The notes: generated from the letters alone by a model not told the origin. Counted from the stretch's first letter, positions 29,477 to 39,734 are shown. The stretch is 64,000 nt of DNA from an uncultured delta proteobacterium (GCA_963734845.1 CAVTIS010000018.1:2482-66481), one strand, 5' to 3'. Translations and numbers: made by a program.

Positions 29477-29493
29477 CTGGGCAATCTAATGTC

Positions 29494-30243
29494 TCATGCG
29501 TCCGGCCGGCTAAGCGCCTCGAGCGCGGCGGCCAGCGCCGCAGTCGCGCGATTGAGGCTCCGCATCATGCGCGCGAGCCCGACGACCGCCTTCGGATTGC
29601 GCAGCACGAAGCCCATGGCCGCCCGCGGCCTTACCTCGCCGTCGGGCCCCGCCAGTTCCGCGCCGACGATTTCCTCGTCGACGGTGTCGAGCACGGCGCG
29701 TATGCAAGCGAAGCGCAGGCCGAAGCGATGAGCCTCGGCGGCGACGGCGGCGCTTTCCATATCAACCGCGAGAGCGCCGGTCCTTGCTCGTGCGTCGCGC
29801 TTGGCAACGCCGTCTTTGAGAATCCGTCGGGCGGTCAGGATGGGGCCGGTTGCGAACGTGAGCCGATGCGCCATAAGCGCGGCTTTGTAGGAGGCGAGGT
29901 CGGCAGGAGGAATCGCGATCGTCTCCGACTCGAGTTCGGCGCGCTCGGTATCAAGGATGAGGCTATCCGCGAGCACCAGATCGCCGGGTTTAAGTTCCGC
30001 GCTCAGCGCTCCCACAAGGCCGGCCGCGATCACGAGATTCGCCGACGCGAACGATTGCATCGCGCGGCGAGCCGTGTCGGCAGCCCGACGGACCCCGAGC
30101 CCGGTGGCGATACCGACGATTTCAGCGGCACCGAGCCGGGCGCGGAACCCTCGCAAGCCGTCGATTCCGAGCGCGCTGCGGTCTTCAAGGCGGCGCCTGA
30201 AAGCGGCGGCTTCGCGCGCGAATGCGTAAAAGATCAGGATCAC
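29494..30243 (-). CDS. hpnG: Hopanoid-associated phosphorylase (PNP/MTA nucleosidase family)
   Basis: PNP_UDP_1 family pattern including VDMESAAVA. Start taken at GTG (complement of 30241-30243); the track ORF extends to 30324. Confidence 0.7.
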   Translation of the reverse strand: MILIFYAFAREAAAFRRRLEDRSALGIDGLRGFRARLGAAEIVGIATGLGVRRAADTARRAMQSFASANLVIAAGLVGALSAELKPGDLVLADSLILDTERAELESETIAIPPADLASYKAALMAHRLTFATGPILTARRILKDGVAKRDARARTGALAVDMESAAVAAEAHRFGLRFACIRAVLDTVDEEIVGAELAGPDGEVRPRAAMGFVLRNPKAVVGLARMMRSLNRATAALAAALEALSRPDA

Positions 30244-30356
30244 CGGGATTTCAGCTTGAGCCGTGCCGCGTTTGCCAGCAAAATTGCGCCAGTGGGGGCG
30301 CGCGTCAACAGGATTGTGACACAAGCGCGGCGGATTGTGCGCGCGCGATCGAGCCG

Positions 30357-31244
30357 ATGACGGAAGGGAGGTCGGTCATCTTTACCGCCGACGATTTTGG
30401 CGCTTCCGCCGAGGTCAACGCTGGTATCCTTCGTGCCCACCGCGACGGCGTGCTGCGCGGAGCGAGCCTGATGGTCGCGGCGCCGGCGCGCGAAGCGGCG
30501 GCGGCTGCGGCCCGCGAATGTCCCGGCCTGGACGTTGGCCTTCATCTCGTCGTGTGCAAGGGACAAAGCGTGCTGCCGCCCGCGCGGCTCGGCGGGCTGG
30601 TCGATAGCGCCGGGCGCTTTGTGGAAAACCCGGTGCAGGGCGGGATGCGTTATTTTTTCAACCGCGGCCTGCGCACCAAAATCGCGGACGAATGCCGCGC
30701 GCAGATCGAGCTGCATCTCAGGCTTGTCGGCTACCTCAACCATATCGATGGCCATTTGAACTTCCACGTTCATCCGGTGATCAATGACATTCTGCTCAAC
30801 CTCGCCTCGGAGTATCGCGTGCCCTGCATCCGACTGCCGCGTGAGCCGGTGATTACGACGCTGGCGCTGGCGCGCGACAACGCGCCGCGCAAGCTGGTCG
30901 AAGCGGTTATCTTTCGCGCGCTCTCCAGACGGGCGCGGCGAAAGATGGCCGAGCGCGGAATAAAATCCACCGATTGGCTCTTCGGACTCCATCAGAGCGG
31001 CAATCTGACCGAGCATTATATCCTCGACGTGATCGGGCGGCTGCGTCCCGGCACCACCGAAATCTATGCCCATCCGGCGACCGACATCGGCGGCACTCCG
31101 CCGTCGGCGGCGGCACAGCGCGAAGTCGAAATTCTGACCAGCCCGCTGGTGCCGCTTGCATTGGCGGGCGCGGGCGCTCGTCTGACGAACTTCGCCGAAT
31201 TCGCGCGCACCGATGGGCGCGATACGGCCGCGATTGGCCGCTGA
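30357..31244 (+). CDS. hpnK: Hopanoid biosynthesis-associated YdjC-family deacetylase
   Basis: YdjC signature SVIFTADDFGASAEVNAGI and HxDGH (HIDGHLNFH). ATG at 30357. Confidence 0.8.
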   Translation: MTEGRSVIFTADDFGASAEVNAGILRAHRDGVLRGASLMVAAPAREAAAAAARECPGLDVGLHLVVCKGQSVLPPARLGGLVDSAGRFVENPVQGGMRYFFNRGLRTKIADECRAQIELHLRLVGYLNHIDGHLNFHVHPVINDILLNLASEYRVPCIRLPREPVITTLALARDNAPRKLVEAVIFRALSRRARRKMAERGIKSTDWLFGLHQSGNLTEHYILDVIGRLRPGTTEIYAHPATDIGGTPPSAAAQREVEILTSPLVPLALAGAGARLTNFAEFARTDGRDTAAIGR

Positions 31245-31337
31245 CGCGCCGCGCGGTACTGTATCTCGAACGCGGCCGCGGCGGCTGGGCCTCGGCTCGT
31301 CAATCGGACAAGCTCAAACATCAGGAAGGCACTAGCA

Positions 31338-33923
31338 ATGATAGACCAGGAGGGCGCGCCGCTCGCCGCCGACAAAACTACCGAACACAGGCTTCCGTCG
31401 AACGTGGTGCCGGAGCGCTACGAAATAAGCCTGACGCCTGATCTGCGAGCGTTCACCTTCGCGGGTGAAGAGAACGTGGCGGTGCGGGTCATCGCGGCGA
31501 CCGCCGAGGTCGTGCTCAACGCGCTCGAGTTGGAGATCGATAAGGTCAGCGCCGAGCGCGTTGGCGTCATCGTCACTGGCAAGGCCGCACTCGAGCCGAC
31601 GCATGAGCGAGCGCGCTTCACCTTTGAGCGCGCACTGGAACCGGGCGAATGGACTCTGCGCATCGCGTTTCGCGGCATCCTCAACGACAAGCTGCACGGC
31701 TTCTATCGCAGCAACTACAAAGACGCCAAGGGTACGACCCATCTGGTGGCGAGCACGCAGTTCGAAGCGACTGACGCGCGCCGCGCGATCCCCTGCTGGG
31801 ACGAGCCGGCGCTCAAGGCCCGCTTCAAGGTGCGGCTGGTGATCGACGAAGGCTTGAGTGCTTTTTCCAACGCCGGGATAGAGACCGAACGCAGCCTTGG
31901 CGGCGGCAAAAAAGAGGTCGTCTACAAAGAGACGATCAAGATGTCGACCTACCTGCTTGCCTTCATCGTCGGCGAGTTCGAGGTGACCGAGCCGACCGAC
32001 GCGGGGACTCCGCTCCGCGTCGCGCATGTGCCGGGCAAGCGGGCGTTGACCGCGTGGGCGAGAGAGATCGGAGCATTCTCGCTCAAATGGTTCGCGAACT
32101 ATTACGAATTGCCTTACCCAGGCGACAAGCTCGACCTGATCGCGATTCCCGACTTCGCCTCGGGCGCGATGGAGAACCTGGGCGCGATCACCTTCCGCGA
32201 GACCGCCTTGCTGATCGACGACAAAAGCGCGTCGCGTGCCGAACTCGAGCGCGTGGCCGACGTCGTCGCGCATGAGAACGCCCACATGTGGTTCGGCGAC
32301 CTGGTCACGATGGAGTGGTGGAACGGGATCTGGCTTAACGAGGCGTTCGCGACTTTCATGGAAATGCTCGCGGTCGACGCCTGGAAGCCGCATTGGAAAC
32401 GCTGGGAAAGTTTCTCGGTCTCGCGCACGGCGGCGATGGCGATCGACGCGCTGAGCAGCACGCGGCCGATCGAATTCACCGTGCTGAGTCCCGAGGATGC
32501 GCGCGCGATGTTCGACGTGCTGACCTACGAGAAGGGCGCGTCGGTGCTCCGGATGCTCGAGCAGTACCTGGGCGCGGAACGCTTCCGCAAAGGCATCGCC
32601 GCTTATCTGCGCAAGCATCAGTTCGCCAACGCCGAGACCGGCGATCTGTGGGACGCGTTGGAACGGGCCTCCGACGAGCCGGTGCGCAAATTGATGGACT
32701 CGTGGATTTTCCAGCCCGGTTTTCCGATGGTCGAAGCAGCCCTGGCAGCCGACGGCCGCTCGCTGACGGTGCGCCAGCGGCGTTTTTTCTACCTCTCCGA
32801 GAACGCCACCGCCGCCGGGCACGACCAGCTCTGGCAGGTGCCTGTGATGGTGCGGGCGAAAACCGAAAAGGGCGTCGCGACGCATCGGCTTTTGCTCGAT
32901 GGCCGCGAGGCCACGCTCGATTTGGGCGGCCGCGTGGAATGGGCGCTGCTCAACGAAGGAGGCCACGGGTTTTACCGCGTGCGCTATGCACCTGACCTGC
33001 TCGCCGTACTGGGCCGCAACCTGGGCGAGCTCAAGGCGGTGGAGCGCTACGCGCTGGTCAGCGATTCGTGGGCCGCGACGGTCGCCGGGATGATGCCGCT
33101 TGCGGAGTTTCTCCCGATGCTGCGTGCGATGCGCGGCGAGACCGATCTCAACGTGTGGCGCGCGATGCTTTCGCCGCTCGGCTACCTCGACATGATCGTC
33201 AGGGAGAGTGAGCGTCCTGCGTTGGCCGCGGCGGTGCGCGAGATAGTAAGCGACGCGGCGGCGCGCCTGGGATGGAATCCGCGTCCGGGCGAAGACGAAC
33301 TGGTACGCCAGTTGCGCGGCACGCTATGGGGTTCGCTTGGGACTCTCGGCGACGACGGCGAGGTCCAGCGGCGCGCGGCCGAGGTCTACGCGCGATACTT
33401 AAAGGATCCGGCCGCGGTGGATCGCGACATGGTGCCGCCAGTGATTGGTGTACTGGCTTATGCCGGCGATCGGGCGCGCTACGAAGAATTCAAGCAACAC
33501 TTTAAGTCCGCCCGGACTCCGCAGGAAGAGCAGCGCTACCTGTTTTCGCTCGCCAGTTTTCGCCGAATTGAGCTTTTGCGTGCGACGATGGAGATGACGC
33601 TGAACGGCGAGGTCCGTACCCAGAACGCGCCTTACCTGATGCACTCATTGTTGCTCAACAACATCTGCCGCTATGAGGCGTGGGACTTCGTCAAGAAGCA
33701 TTGGGAGGAAATGATCCGCAAATTTCCCGACGCCGCGCTGCCCCGGATGTGTGAAGCGGTGGTCGGGCTGCTCGAGCGCGAGTCTGAGGTGCATGAATTC
33801 TTTCAGGCCCATCGGGTAAGACTCGGCGGTAAGATAATCGACCAGCATCTGGAGCGGTTGCGCGTGGCAGTGGCATTTCGCAAGCGCGAGGACGCGAACC
33901 TGACCGCCACGCTCAAAGGGTAA
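31338..33923 (+). CDS. pepN: Aminopeptidase N (M1 family zinc metallopeptidase)
   Basis: GAMEN exopeptidase motif and HENAHMWFGDLVTMEWWNGIWLNE (HExxH-x18-E). Confidence 0.9.
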   Translation: MIDQEGAPLAADKTTEHRLPSNVVPERYEISLTPDLRAFTFAGEENVAVRVIAATAEVVLNALELEIDKVSAERVGVIVTGKAALEPTHERARFTFERALEPGEWTLRIAFRGILNDKLHGFYRSNYKDAKGTTHLVASTQFEATDARRAIPCWDEPALKARFKVRLVIDEGLSAFSNAGIETERSLGGGKKEVVYKETIKMSTYLLAFIVGEFEVTEPTDAGTPLRVAHVPGKRALTAWAREIGAFSLKWFANYYELPYPGDKLDLIAIPDFASGAMENLGAITFRETALLIDDKSASRAELERVADVVAHENAHMWFGDLVTMEWWNGIWLNEAFATFMEMLAVDAWKPHWKRWESFSVSRTAAMAIDALSSTRPIEFTVLSPEDARAMFDVLTYEKGASVLRMLEQYLGAERFRKGIAAYLRKHQFANAETGDLWDALERASDEPVRKLMDSWIFQPGFPMVEAALAADGRSLTVRQRRFFYLSENATAAGHDQLWQVPVMVRAKTEKGVATHRLLLDGREATLDLGGRVEWALLNEGGHGFYRVRYAPDLLAVLGRNLGELKAVERYALVSDSWAATVAGMMPLAEFLPMLRAMRGETDLNVWRAMLSPLGYLDMIVRESERPALAAAVREIVSDAAARLGWNPRPGEDELVRQLRGTLWGSLGTLGDDGEVQRRAAEVYARYLKDPAAVDRDMVPPVIGVLAYAGDRARYEEFKQHFKSARTPQEEQRYLFSLASFRRIELLRATMEMTLNGEVRTQNAPYLMHSLLLNNICRYEAWDFVKKHWEEMIRKFPDAALPRMCEAVVGLLERESEVHEFFQAHRVRLGGKIIDQHLERLRVAVAFRKREDANLTATLKG

Positions 33924-33965
33924 GCCGAGTAAAAGCAATTCACGCCGCCGAATTGAAACGGCAAC

Positions 33966-33999
33966 GGCGCCCGGTTTTTTTTGACCGGGCGCCGTTTTG
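33966..33999 (+). terminator. Rho-independent terminator after pepN
   Basis: GGCGCCCGG-loop-CCGGGCGCC followed by GTTTTGC. Confidence 0.7.
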
Positions 34000-34149
34000 C
34001 TTCAGCCGCAGGCCGCAGGAAGCGTTCACAGGGTGTGAAGTTCTTAACCTGGTCCTGTGGAGTGTAATGCGTATTCTCCCTTGCTTTGCTTATCGGCTGC
34101 GGCTATTTTGCGTTCGTTCTTCATAATTCTGTTCGAGGGGGAGAATTCT

Positions 34150-35499
34150 ATGTCGGAAGGTTTCAGCCGGCCTCGGCTGACTGCTTCGCTCGCGCTGTGT
34201 ATCGGCATGGCGATCGCTTTGGGCGCTTGTGGGGGTGACCATAACGGGAACGGGGTGAAGCACGCCGCCGCCGTGGTGGTTCCCACGGCCACGCCTACTC
34301 CAAATCCGGCGGTCGCGTCGGCTTGCGTACCATCGGGAGCGATGGCGGTCGACGTCAATGCGACAAATGGACAAGTTAGCGTCTACGCGCCGGCGGGCGA
34401 CTGGGGCAGCAGCACTACGGGCGTCTTTCTGGTGCCAGTTGAGGCTGGCGGAGTAATCGGAGCCGGAGTGACACGCGCCACTGTCGCGACAGCGAACCCT
34501 GTCAACTCGTGCTCGGCTAACAGCGCTACCGGAAGAGTAATCTGCAGTGCGAACAATCATGATGCTTACCTGATCGATCGTACGACGCTGACGGCATTCA
34601 CACTCACCAGCGCGGGCGTCGGGACGGAGAGTTTCAGCGGCGGCACTTGCACCAACTGCAATGCCATCGCAGATCCGGTGATGAACCTGGGCATCATCGG
34701 CATTGCGGGCACGCCTGCCGGGTATCAGTTCTTCAATCTTTCCAGCGGCCTTTCAGACGGAGTGGTAGGGGTACCCGGTTCGGGATCGGTCCTGTCGGAA
34801 TCGCCCGCGATTGAGCCGACCAAGCATCTTCTGCTCTCGGCCAACGAGGATCAGGACTTCCAGATCATCAACTTCAGCACTACCGCTCCGGGGGGATTCC
34901 GCTACGCCCAGCGGTCGACGGTTCTCGCTGCGAGCGAACTCGATGGCACGGCTATCGACTGCACCACGGATATCGCACTTGCCGCCGACGAGTTTAACAA
35001 CCAGGTCTTCGTCACCGACCTGACGCAGGCTACTTTCACCCCGGGCTCAGGCGCGACTTTCGGCACCTGGAACGCCCCGGCTCAGCTACAGCCGACCCCA
35101 GGACTGCTTGGCATTACCACCACCGGTTTGGCGGTCGCGCCGTCCGGCCACGTCGGGATCATGCAACAGGAATTTGGTACCAATAACTTTGCGGCGTTCA
35201 GCCTGCCCGCCACATCGGGGACAGGGACGCCCGGGCTTACGGATTGGGTGGCGGCTCTGGTGCCGACTCAGCCGGATAAGGCTACGTGGAGCAACACTTT
35301 TGACCCCCATGGTCTCACGGCCTACACGAGTCCTACGACGGGCTCACCGATGGGCGTGCTGTTGAATGCTGCGCGAACCTTCATCCTGGTCATCGACATC
35401 AACAAGCTGCTCGCTGCGCCACGGACCGGAGCGCATACGGTGCAAGCGAGCTATGACCTGGTAGCGAACGGAGTGGTGACCTTCGTCAGCGTCCATTAG
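34150..35499 (+). CDS. Lipoprotein, Thr/Gly/Ala-rich, unknown function
   Basis: ATG at 34150 with GGGGGAGA RBS. Lipobox LGAC in MSEGFSRPRLTASLALCIGMAIALGACGG. Confidence 0.6.
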   Translation: MSEGFSRPRLTASLALCIGMAIALGACGGDHNGNGVKHAAAVVVPTATPTPNPAVASACVPSGAMAVDVNATNGQVSVYAPAGDWGSSTTGVFLVPVEAGGVIGAGVTRATVATANPVNSCSANSATGRVICSANNHDAYLIDRTTLTAFTLTSAGVGTESFSGGTCTNCNAIADPVMNLGIIGIAGTPAGYQFFNLSSGLSDGVVGVPGSGSVLSESPAIEPTKHLLLSANEDQDFQIINFSTTAPGGFRYAQRSTVLAASELDGTAIDCTTDIALAADEFNNQVFVTDLTQATFTPGSGATFGTWNAPAQLQPTPGLLGITTTGLAVAPSGHVGIMQQEFGTNNFAAFSLPATSGTGTPGLTDWVAALVPTQPDKATWSNTFDPHGLTAYTSPTTGSPMGVLLNAARTFILVIDINKLLAAPRTGAHTVQASYDLVANGVVTFVSVH

Positions 35500-35525
35500 G
35501 AGCGGACATCGGTCCGGGAATCTAA

Positions 35526-35565
35526 GGGCGTGGGGGCGATTGACGGCCTCCACGCCCTTTTTATT
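35526..35565 (+). terminator. Rho-independent terminator between convergent genes
   Basis: 11-bp stem GGGCGTGGGGG/CCTCCACGCCC plus TTTTT. Confidence 0.65.
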
Positions 35566-35582
35566 GTCTCGACGGACAGCCG

Positions 35583-36377
35583 CTATTCGCCTTTGAATTT
35601 CGGCGGGCGCTTTTCCAGAAACGACGCGATACCCTCCGAGCCGTCGGCGGTGCGCGCCATGTCGGCGATCCACTCGGTCTCCAGCTCCATCTGATCTTCG
35701 AGCGTCCTGGTCGAGCTCTCGGCGAACAAACGCTTTACGCCCAGGTACGCGCGCGTGGGTCCCTGCGCGAAGCCCTTGGCCAGCCCCTCCGCAGTCGCCG
35801 TCAATTCATCATCAGGCACCACGCGGGTTAGGATGCCCATCTCGTAGGCTTCGCGCGCCGAGAGCACGCGGTTGGTGAGCGTCAGGTCCATCGCGCGTCG
35901 AAGCCCGACGATTCGCGGCAGGAAGTAGGTTGACGATCCGTCGGGGGTGAGCCCCGCTCGCGTGTACGCCATCGTAAACCGCGCCGACTCGCCGGCGATC
36001 ACGATGTCGCCCGCGCACGCGAGACTCATCCCGGCGCCGCCCGCGGCGCCGTGGATCGCCAGCACGACCGGCGCCTTCATCCGGTTGAAGCGCGAGATCG
36101 CCTTGTGCAGATGAAAAGTCACCTTCTTCAGATACGTCGGCAGCATCTCCTTGGGCTGCGCGGCGAAGCTCTTGAGGTCGCCGCCGGCGCAGAAGATTTT
36201 GCCTGCCGCGTTGATCAACACCGCGCGCACGCTGGGGTCTTCTTCGCAGCGCAGCGACACTTCCATCAGGTCGTGCGCGAGTTCGGCGTTGAGCGCGTTG
36301 GCGGCCTCGGCCCGGTTGAGCGTGATGTAGGCGACATTGCTGCGCACGTCGAAAAGGATCGTTGAATACTCAGCCAT
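35583..36377 (-). CDS. Enoyl-CoA hydratase/isomerase (crotonase family)
   Basis: ITLNRAEAANAL, AAGKIFCAGGDL, and AAGGAGMSLACAGD oxyanion-hole motifs. GGAGG RBS. Confidence 0.85.
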   Translation of the reverse strand: MAEYSTILFDVRSNVAYITLNRAEAANALNAELAHDLMEVSLRCEEDPSVRAVLINAAGKIFCAGGDLKSFAAQPKEMLPTYLKKVTFHLHKAISRFNRMKAPVVLAIHGAAGGAGMSLACAGDIVIAGESARFTMAYTRAGLTPDGSSTYFLPRIVGLRRAMDLTLTNRVLSAREAYEMGILTRVVPDDELTATAEGLAKGFAQGPTRAYLGVKRLFAESSTRTLEDQMELETEWIADMARTADGSEGIASFLEKRPPKFKGE

Positions 36378-36478
36378 GGTTTCCTCCGGTCCGGTCGAAT
36401 TCCCTGGTGGAATTCGTTGATTCGATCTCTGGCGTAATTAGATCAACCGCGCCGCATTCATGCAACCAGCGCGATCCG

Positions 36479-37363
36479 TCAGAGCGCGCGGTACCAACCG
36501 GCAATCGCCGCTCCGATCTCGTGCGGCGAATCCTCCTGGACGAAGTGGATTCCCTTGACGGTCACCTCGCGCTGGTTGGGCCATTTCCGGCAAAACTCAC
36601 GGGGCGCGCCAATCAGGATTGCGCCCGGCTCGGCGTTAATGAAAAGTTTCGGTACCGGACTCTGTGATAACCACGCGGCGTATTCATTGACGAGCGCGAC
36701 CACGTCGGGCGGCTCGCCGTCGAGCGGGATCTGCCGCGGCCACGTCAGCATCGGACGGCGCGACTCGCCCGGCTCAAGGAAGGGACGGCGATAGACGTCC
36801 ATTTCGGCGCCGTCGAGTTTCCGTATCACACTGCCGGGCAGGATCCGTTCGACGAAAGTGTTGCGCTGCAGGATGAGGTCTTCGCCGGCCGGCGAGCGCA
36901 TCGCCTGGAACAAGGGGCGCGCCTGCTCGTTGAACTCGCTCCACCTAAGCGGCCGTACGATCGCTTCCATGTAAACGATGCCCTTGATCGCAGCGGGATT
37001 GCGCCTCGCCCAATGAAAGCCCAGCGAAGATCCCCAATCGTGAACCACCAGCGTCACTTTCTGCCGGGCGAGATCGAGCGCGGCGAACCATGCGTCCAGG
37101 TAACGGATATGGTCCGCCAGTCGGTACGAGCCGTCGGGCGCCTTGCCCGAATCGCCCATCCCGGCGAGGTCCGGCGCGAGGCATCGAGCGTGCGGCGCCA
37201 GGTGCGGGATGATATTGCGCCACAGGTAGGACGAAGTCGGGTTGCCGTGCAGAAACACGATGGGGTCGCCTGCACCCTCGTCGACGTAAGCCATCTCGAC
37301 GCCGGCCGCATCGAGGCGCTTGCGCGGATGGGAATCGGTGGACGAAATTGAAGCGTCGCTCAT
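36479..37363 (-). CDS. Haloalkane dehalogenase-like alpha/beta hydrolase
   Basis: IVFLHGNPTSSYLWRN and nucleophile elbow VHDWGS. ATG (complement of 37361-37363) with AAGGA RBS; the track ORF extends to 37582. Confidence 0.8.
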   Translation of the reverse strand: MSDASISSTDSHPRKRLDAAGVEMAYVDEGAGDPIVFLHGNPTSSYLWRNIIPHLAPHARCLAPDLAGMGDSGKAPDGSYRLADHIRYLDAWFAALDLARQKVTLVVHDWGSSLGFHWARRNPAAIKGIVYMEAIVRPLRWSEFNEQARPLFQAMRSPAGEDLILQRNTFVERILPGSVIRKLDGAEMDVYRRPFLEPGESRRPMLTWPRQIPLDGEPPDVVALVNEYAAWLSQSPVPKLFINAEPGAILIGAPREFCRKWPNQREVTVKGIHFVQEDSPHEIGAAIAGWYRAL

Positions 37364-37604
37364 GTTGTTATTCCTTTTGTCGCACTCGGCCGCTTTTTTT
37401 CGACGGATGCTTCGCAGTTTCTTTTGCGGAATCATCCGCGGCTCTCTCGACAGATATGACCCGGCGGCGCGGCGCGCAAGTCGCACGCACCGCATCATGC
37501 TTTTAGCGCTTCGTCGGGAGCGGCGAATCGCGCGATTCGGTTTGCCTCGCGAGGGCGTGCGGTTGCACAATTGTCGCCTCACGAGCAGTGGAGGGCGATG
37601 AACG

Positions 37605-39221
37605 ATGGCCGAGCAGCGAAGGCGCAGCTTCTGGGGATGGGGCTACGAGGATCAGCAGCCCAACGCGGAGCAGCTGAAAAATCTCGCGGAGCGGATGGCC
37701 AAGCGGTTCGGGCTAACGCCGCTGACCATCGTGCCGCTGCCGCGCGAAGAGGAACTCAAGTTGCGAGCGCCGCGAATAAAGCCGCCCGACGCGCTCGCGA
37801 CCATCTTCTCGACCAGTACCTATGATCGCGCCGGCCATAGTTATGGCCGCAGCTATCGCGACGTGGTGCGCGCGTTTCGCCACTTCTACCCCAATCCGTT
37901 CGACGCGGTCGCCTTTCCCCACGACGAGGCCGAGCTCACCCGCGTGCTTGAATGGTGCGATAAGGAGCGTATCGCGGCGACGCCGTACGGCGGCGGTTCG
38001 AGCGTGGTAGGCGGCGTCGAACCGCCCGCGGGCGGCGACTGGCGCGGCTCCGTGTCGATCGACCTGACCCGGCTCGACCGCGTGCTCGAAGTCGACCATA
38101 CCTCGCGCGCGGCGCGGATCCAGGGCGGCGTGCTTGGCCCCTCGCTCGAGGACCAGTTACGCCCGCACAACTACACGCTCCGTCACTACCCGCAGTCTTT
38201 CGAATTTTCCACGCTGGGGGGATGGATCGCGACGCGCTCGGGCGGTCATTTTGCGACGCTGTACACGCATATCGACGATTTCGTGGAATCGGTTCGAGTG
38301 CTTACGCCGACTGGCGTTATCGAATCGCGCCGTCTGCCCGGCTCAGGCGCCGGGCCGAGTCCCGACCGGATGTTTATCGGATCGGAAGGAATTCTCGGCA
38401 TCATCACCGAGGCCTGGATGCGCCTGCAGGACCGGCCGAAGTTTCGCGCCGGCGCTTCGGTCGCGTTTGCTGATTTTATGGCCGGCGCCGATGCGGTACG
38501 CGCGGTCGCTCAGGCCGCGCTCTATCCGGCCAACTGCCGCCTGCTCGACGCGGGCGAGGCGGCCAATGCCGGCGCCAACCAGGGCGAGGCTGCCGTGCTG
38601 GTGCTGGCCTTTGAGTCGGCCGACCATGAGTTGGAGCCGTGGATGAAGCGCGCGCTCGAAATATGCGCCGACCTTGGAGGAAAAATTCCCGAGGGCGCGG
38701 GCCGCACGCGCACCGACACCGCCGCTACGCATGAGGGCGCGGCCGGAGCCTGGCGCGAGGCCTTCATCAAGGCGCCATACCTACGCAACTCGCTGGCTGC
38801 GATGGGAATCGTGACCGACACCTTCGAGACCGCGATCACCTGGGACCGTTTTCCCGCCTATCACGCGCAATTGATGGAAACCGGGACCGACGCGATAAGG
38901 CGCATCTGCGGCCAGGGCACGATGACTTGCCGTTTCACGCATGCTTATCCGGACGGTCCCGCGCCGTACTACACGATTCTGGCGCCGGGCAAACCGGGCT
39001 CAGAACTGGAACAATGGGACGAAATCAAGGCGGCAGTGTCAGAGGTGATCGTGAAGTTCGGCGGCACGATCACGCATCATCATTCGGTCGGCCGCGACCA
39101 TCGGCCATGGTACGATCGGCAGCGGCCTGAGGGCTTCGCGCGGGCTCTGAAAGCGGCCAAGCGGGCGCTCGACCCGCATGCGATTCTCAATCCGGGAGTG
39201 CTGATTGATCCTGAGCGCTAG
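37605..39221 (+). CDS. FAD-linked oxidase (PCMH-type FAD-binding; alkyl-DHAP synthase-like)
   Basis: N-terminal WGWGY segment, FAD-binding-4 domain (PYGGGSSVVGG), and C-terminal FAD-oxidase domain ending in a HHHSVGRDH-like motif. GGAGGG RBS. Confidence 0.75.
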   Translation: MAEQRRRSFWGWGYEDQQPNAEQLKNLAERMAKRFGLTPLTIVPLPREEELKLRAPRIKPPDALATIFSTSTYDRAGHSYGRSYRDVVRAFRHFYPNPFDAVAFPHDEAELTRVLEWCDKERIAATPYGGGSSVVGGVEPPAGGDWRGSVSIDLTRLDRVLEVDHTSRAARIQGGVLGPSLEDQLRPHNYTLRHYPQSFEFSTLGGWIATRSGGHFATLYTHIDDFVESVRVLTPTGVIESRRLPGSGAGPSPDRMFIGSEGILGIITEAWMRLQDRPKFRAGASVAFADFMAGADAVRAVAQAALYPANCRLLDAGEAANAGANQGEAAVLVLAFESADHELEPWMKRALEICADLGGKIPEGAGRTRTDTAATHEGAAGAWREAFIKAPYLRNSLAAMGIVTDTFETAITWDRFPAYHAQLMETGTDAIRRICGQGTMTCRFTHAYPDGPAPYYTILAPGKPGSELEQWDEIKAAVSEVIVKFGGTITHHHSVGRDHRPWYDRQRPEGFARALKAAKRALDPHAILNPGVLIDPER

Positions 39222-39263
39222 CGCGCAGAGGCCGGAGCGCTGACTCGCGTAAGCGGCGCGCGG

Positions 39264-39569
39264 TCAGTCGTCGTCGAGACCGAGCGCCTTGCGCGCCGCC
39301 GAACTCATCATGTGCGGAGTCCATGGCGGGTCCCACACCATCTCGACATTGGCCTCTTCGCAGCCCGGGATGCCGAGCAGCTTGTCCTGGATTTCGCTCG
39401 CGATCATCGCGCCCATCGAGCACCCCGGCGCCGTCAGCGTCATCTCGACCGTAATCACTGCGCCTTTAATGTCGACGTGGTAGACGAGGCCGAGGTCAAC
39501 GATGTTGACCGGCATCTCGGGGTCGTAGCACTCGCGCAGAACTTCAAAGACTTCTTCTTCGTTGTACAT
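39264..39569 (-). CDS. sufT: Fe-S cluster assembly protein SufT / DUF59 (MIP18 family)
   Basis: YDPEMPVNIVDLGLVY and TLTAPGCSMG motifs. Confidence 0.75.
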   Translation of the reverse strand: MYNEEEVFEVLRECYDPEMPVNIVDLGLVYHVDIKGAVITVEMTLTAPGCSMGAMIASEIQDKLLGIPGCEEANVEMVWDPPWTPHMMSSAARKALGLDDD

Positions 39570-39734
39570 TCAGGCGCGCTCTCAGTCGCAGCGCCCTTTA
39601 TCCGTGATCGTTCGGAAAGCGGACGCTAATATCTGTAGTATATAGGATGGACGCGGTCGGCAAGGATGGCTCTCTGCGCCCGCAGGCGCAATCCGGACGC
39701 ACTTCCGGGCGCAATCGACACGGAGGTTTAAGGC

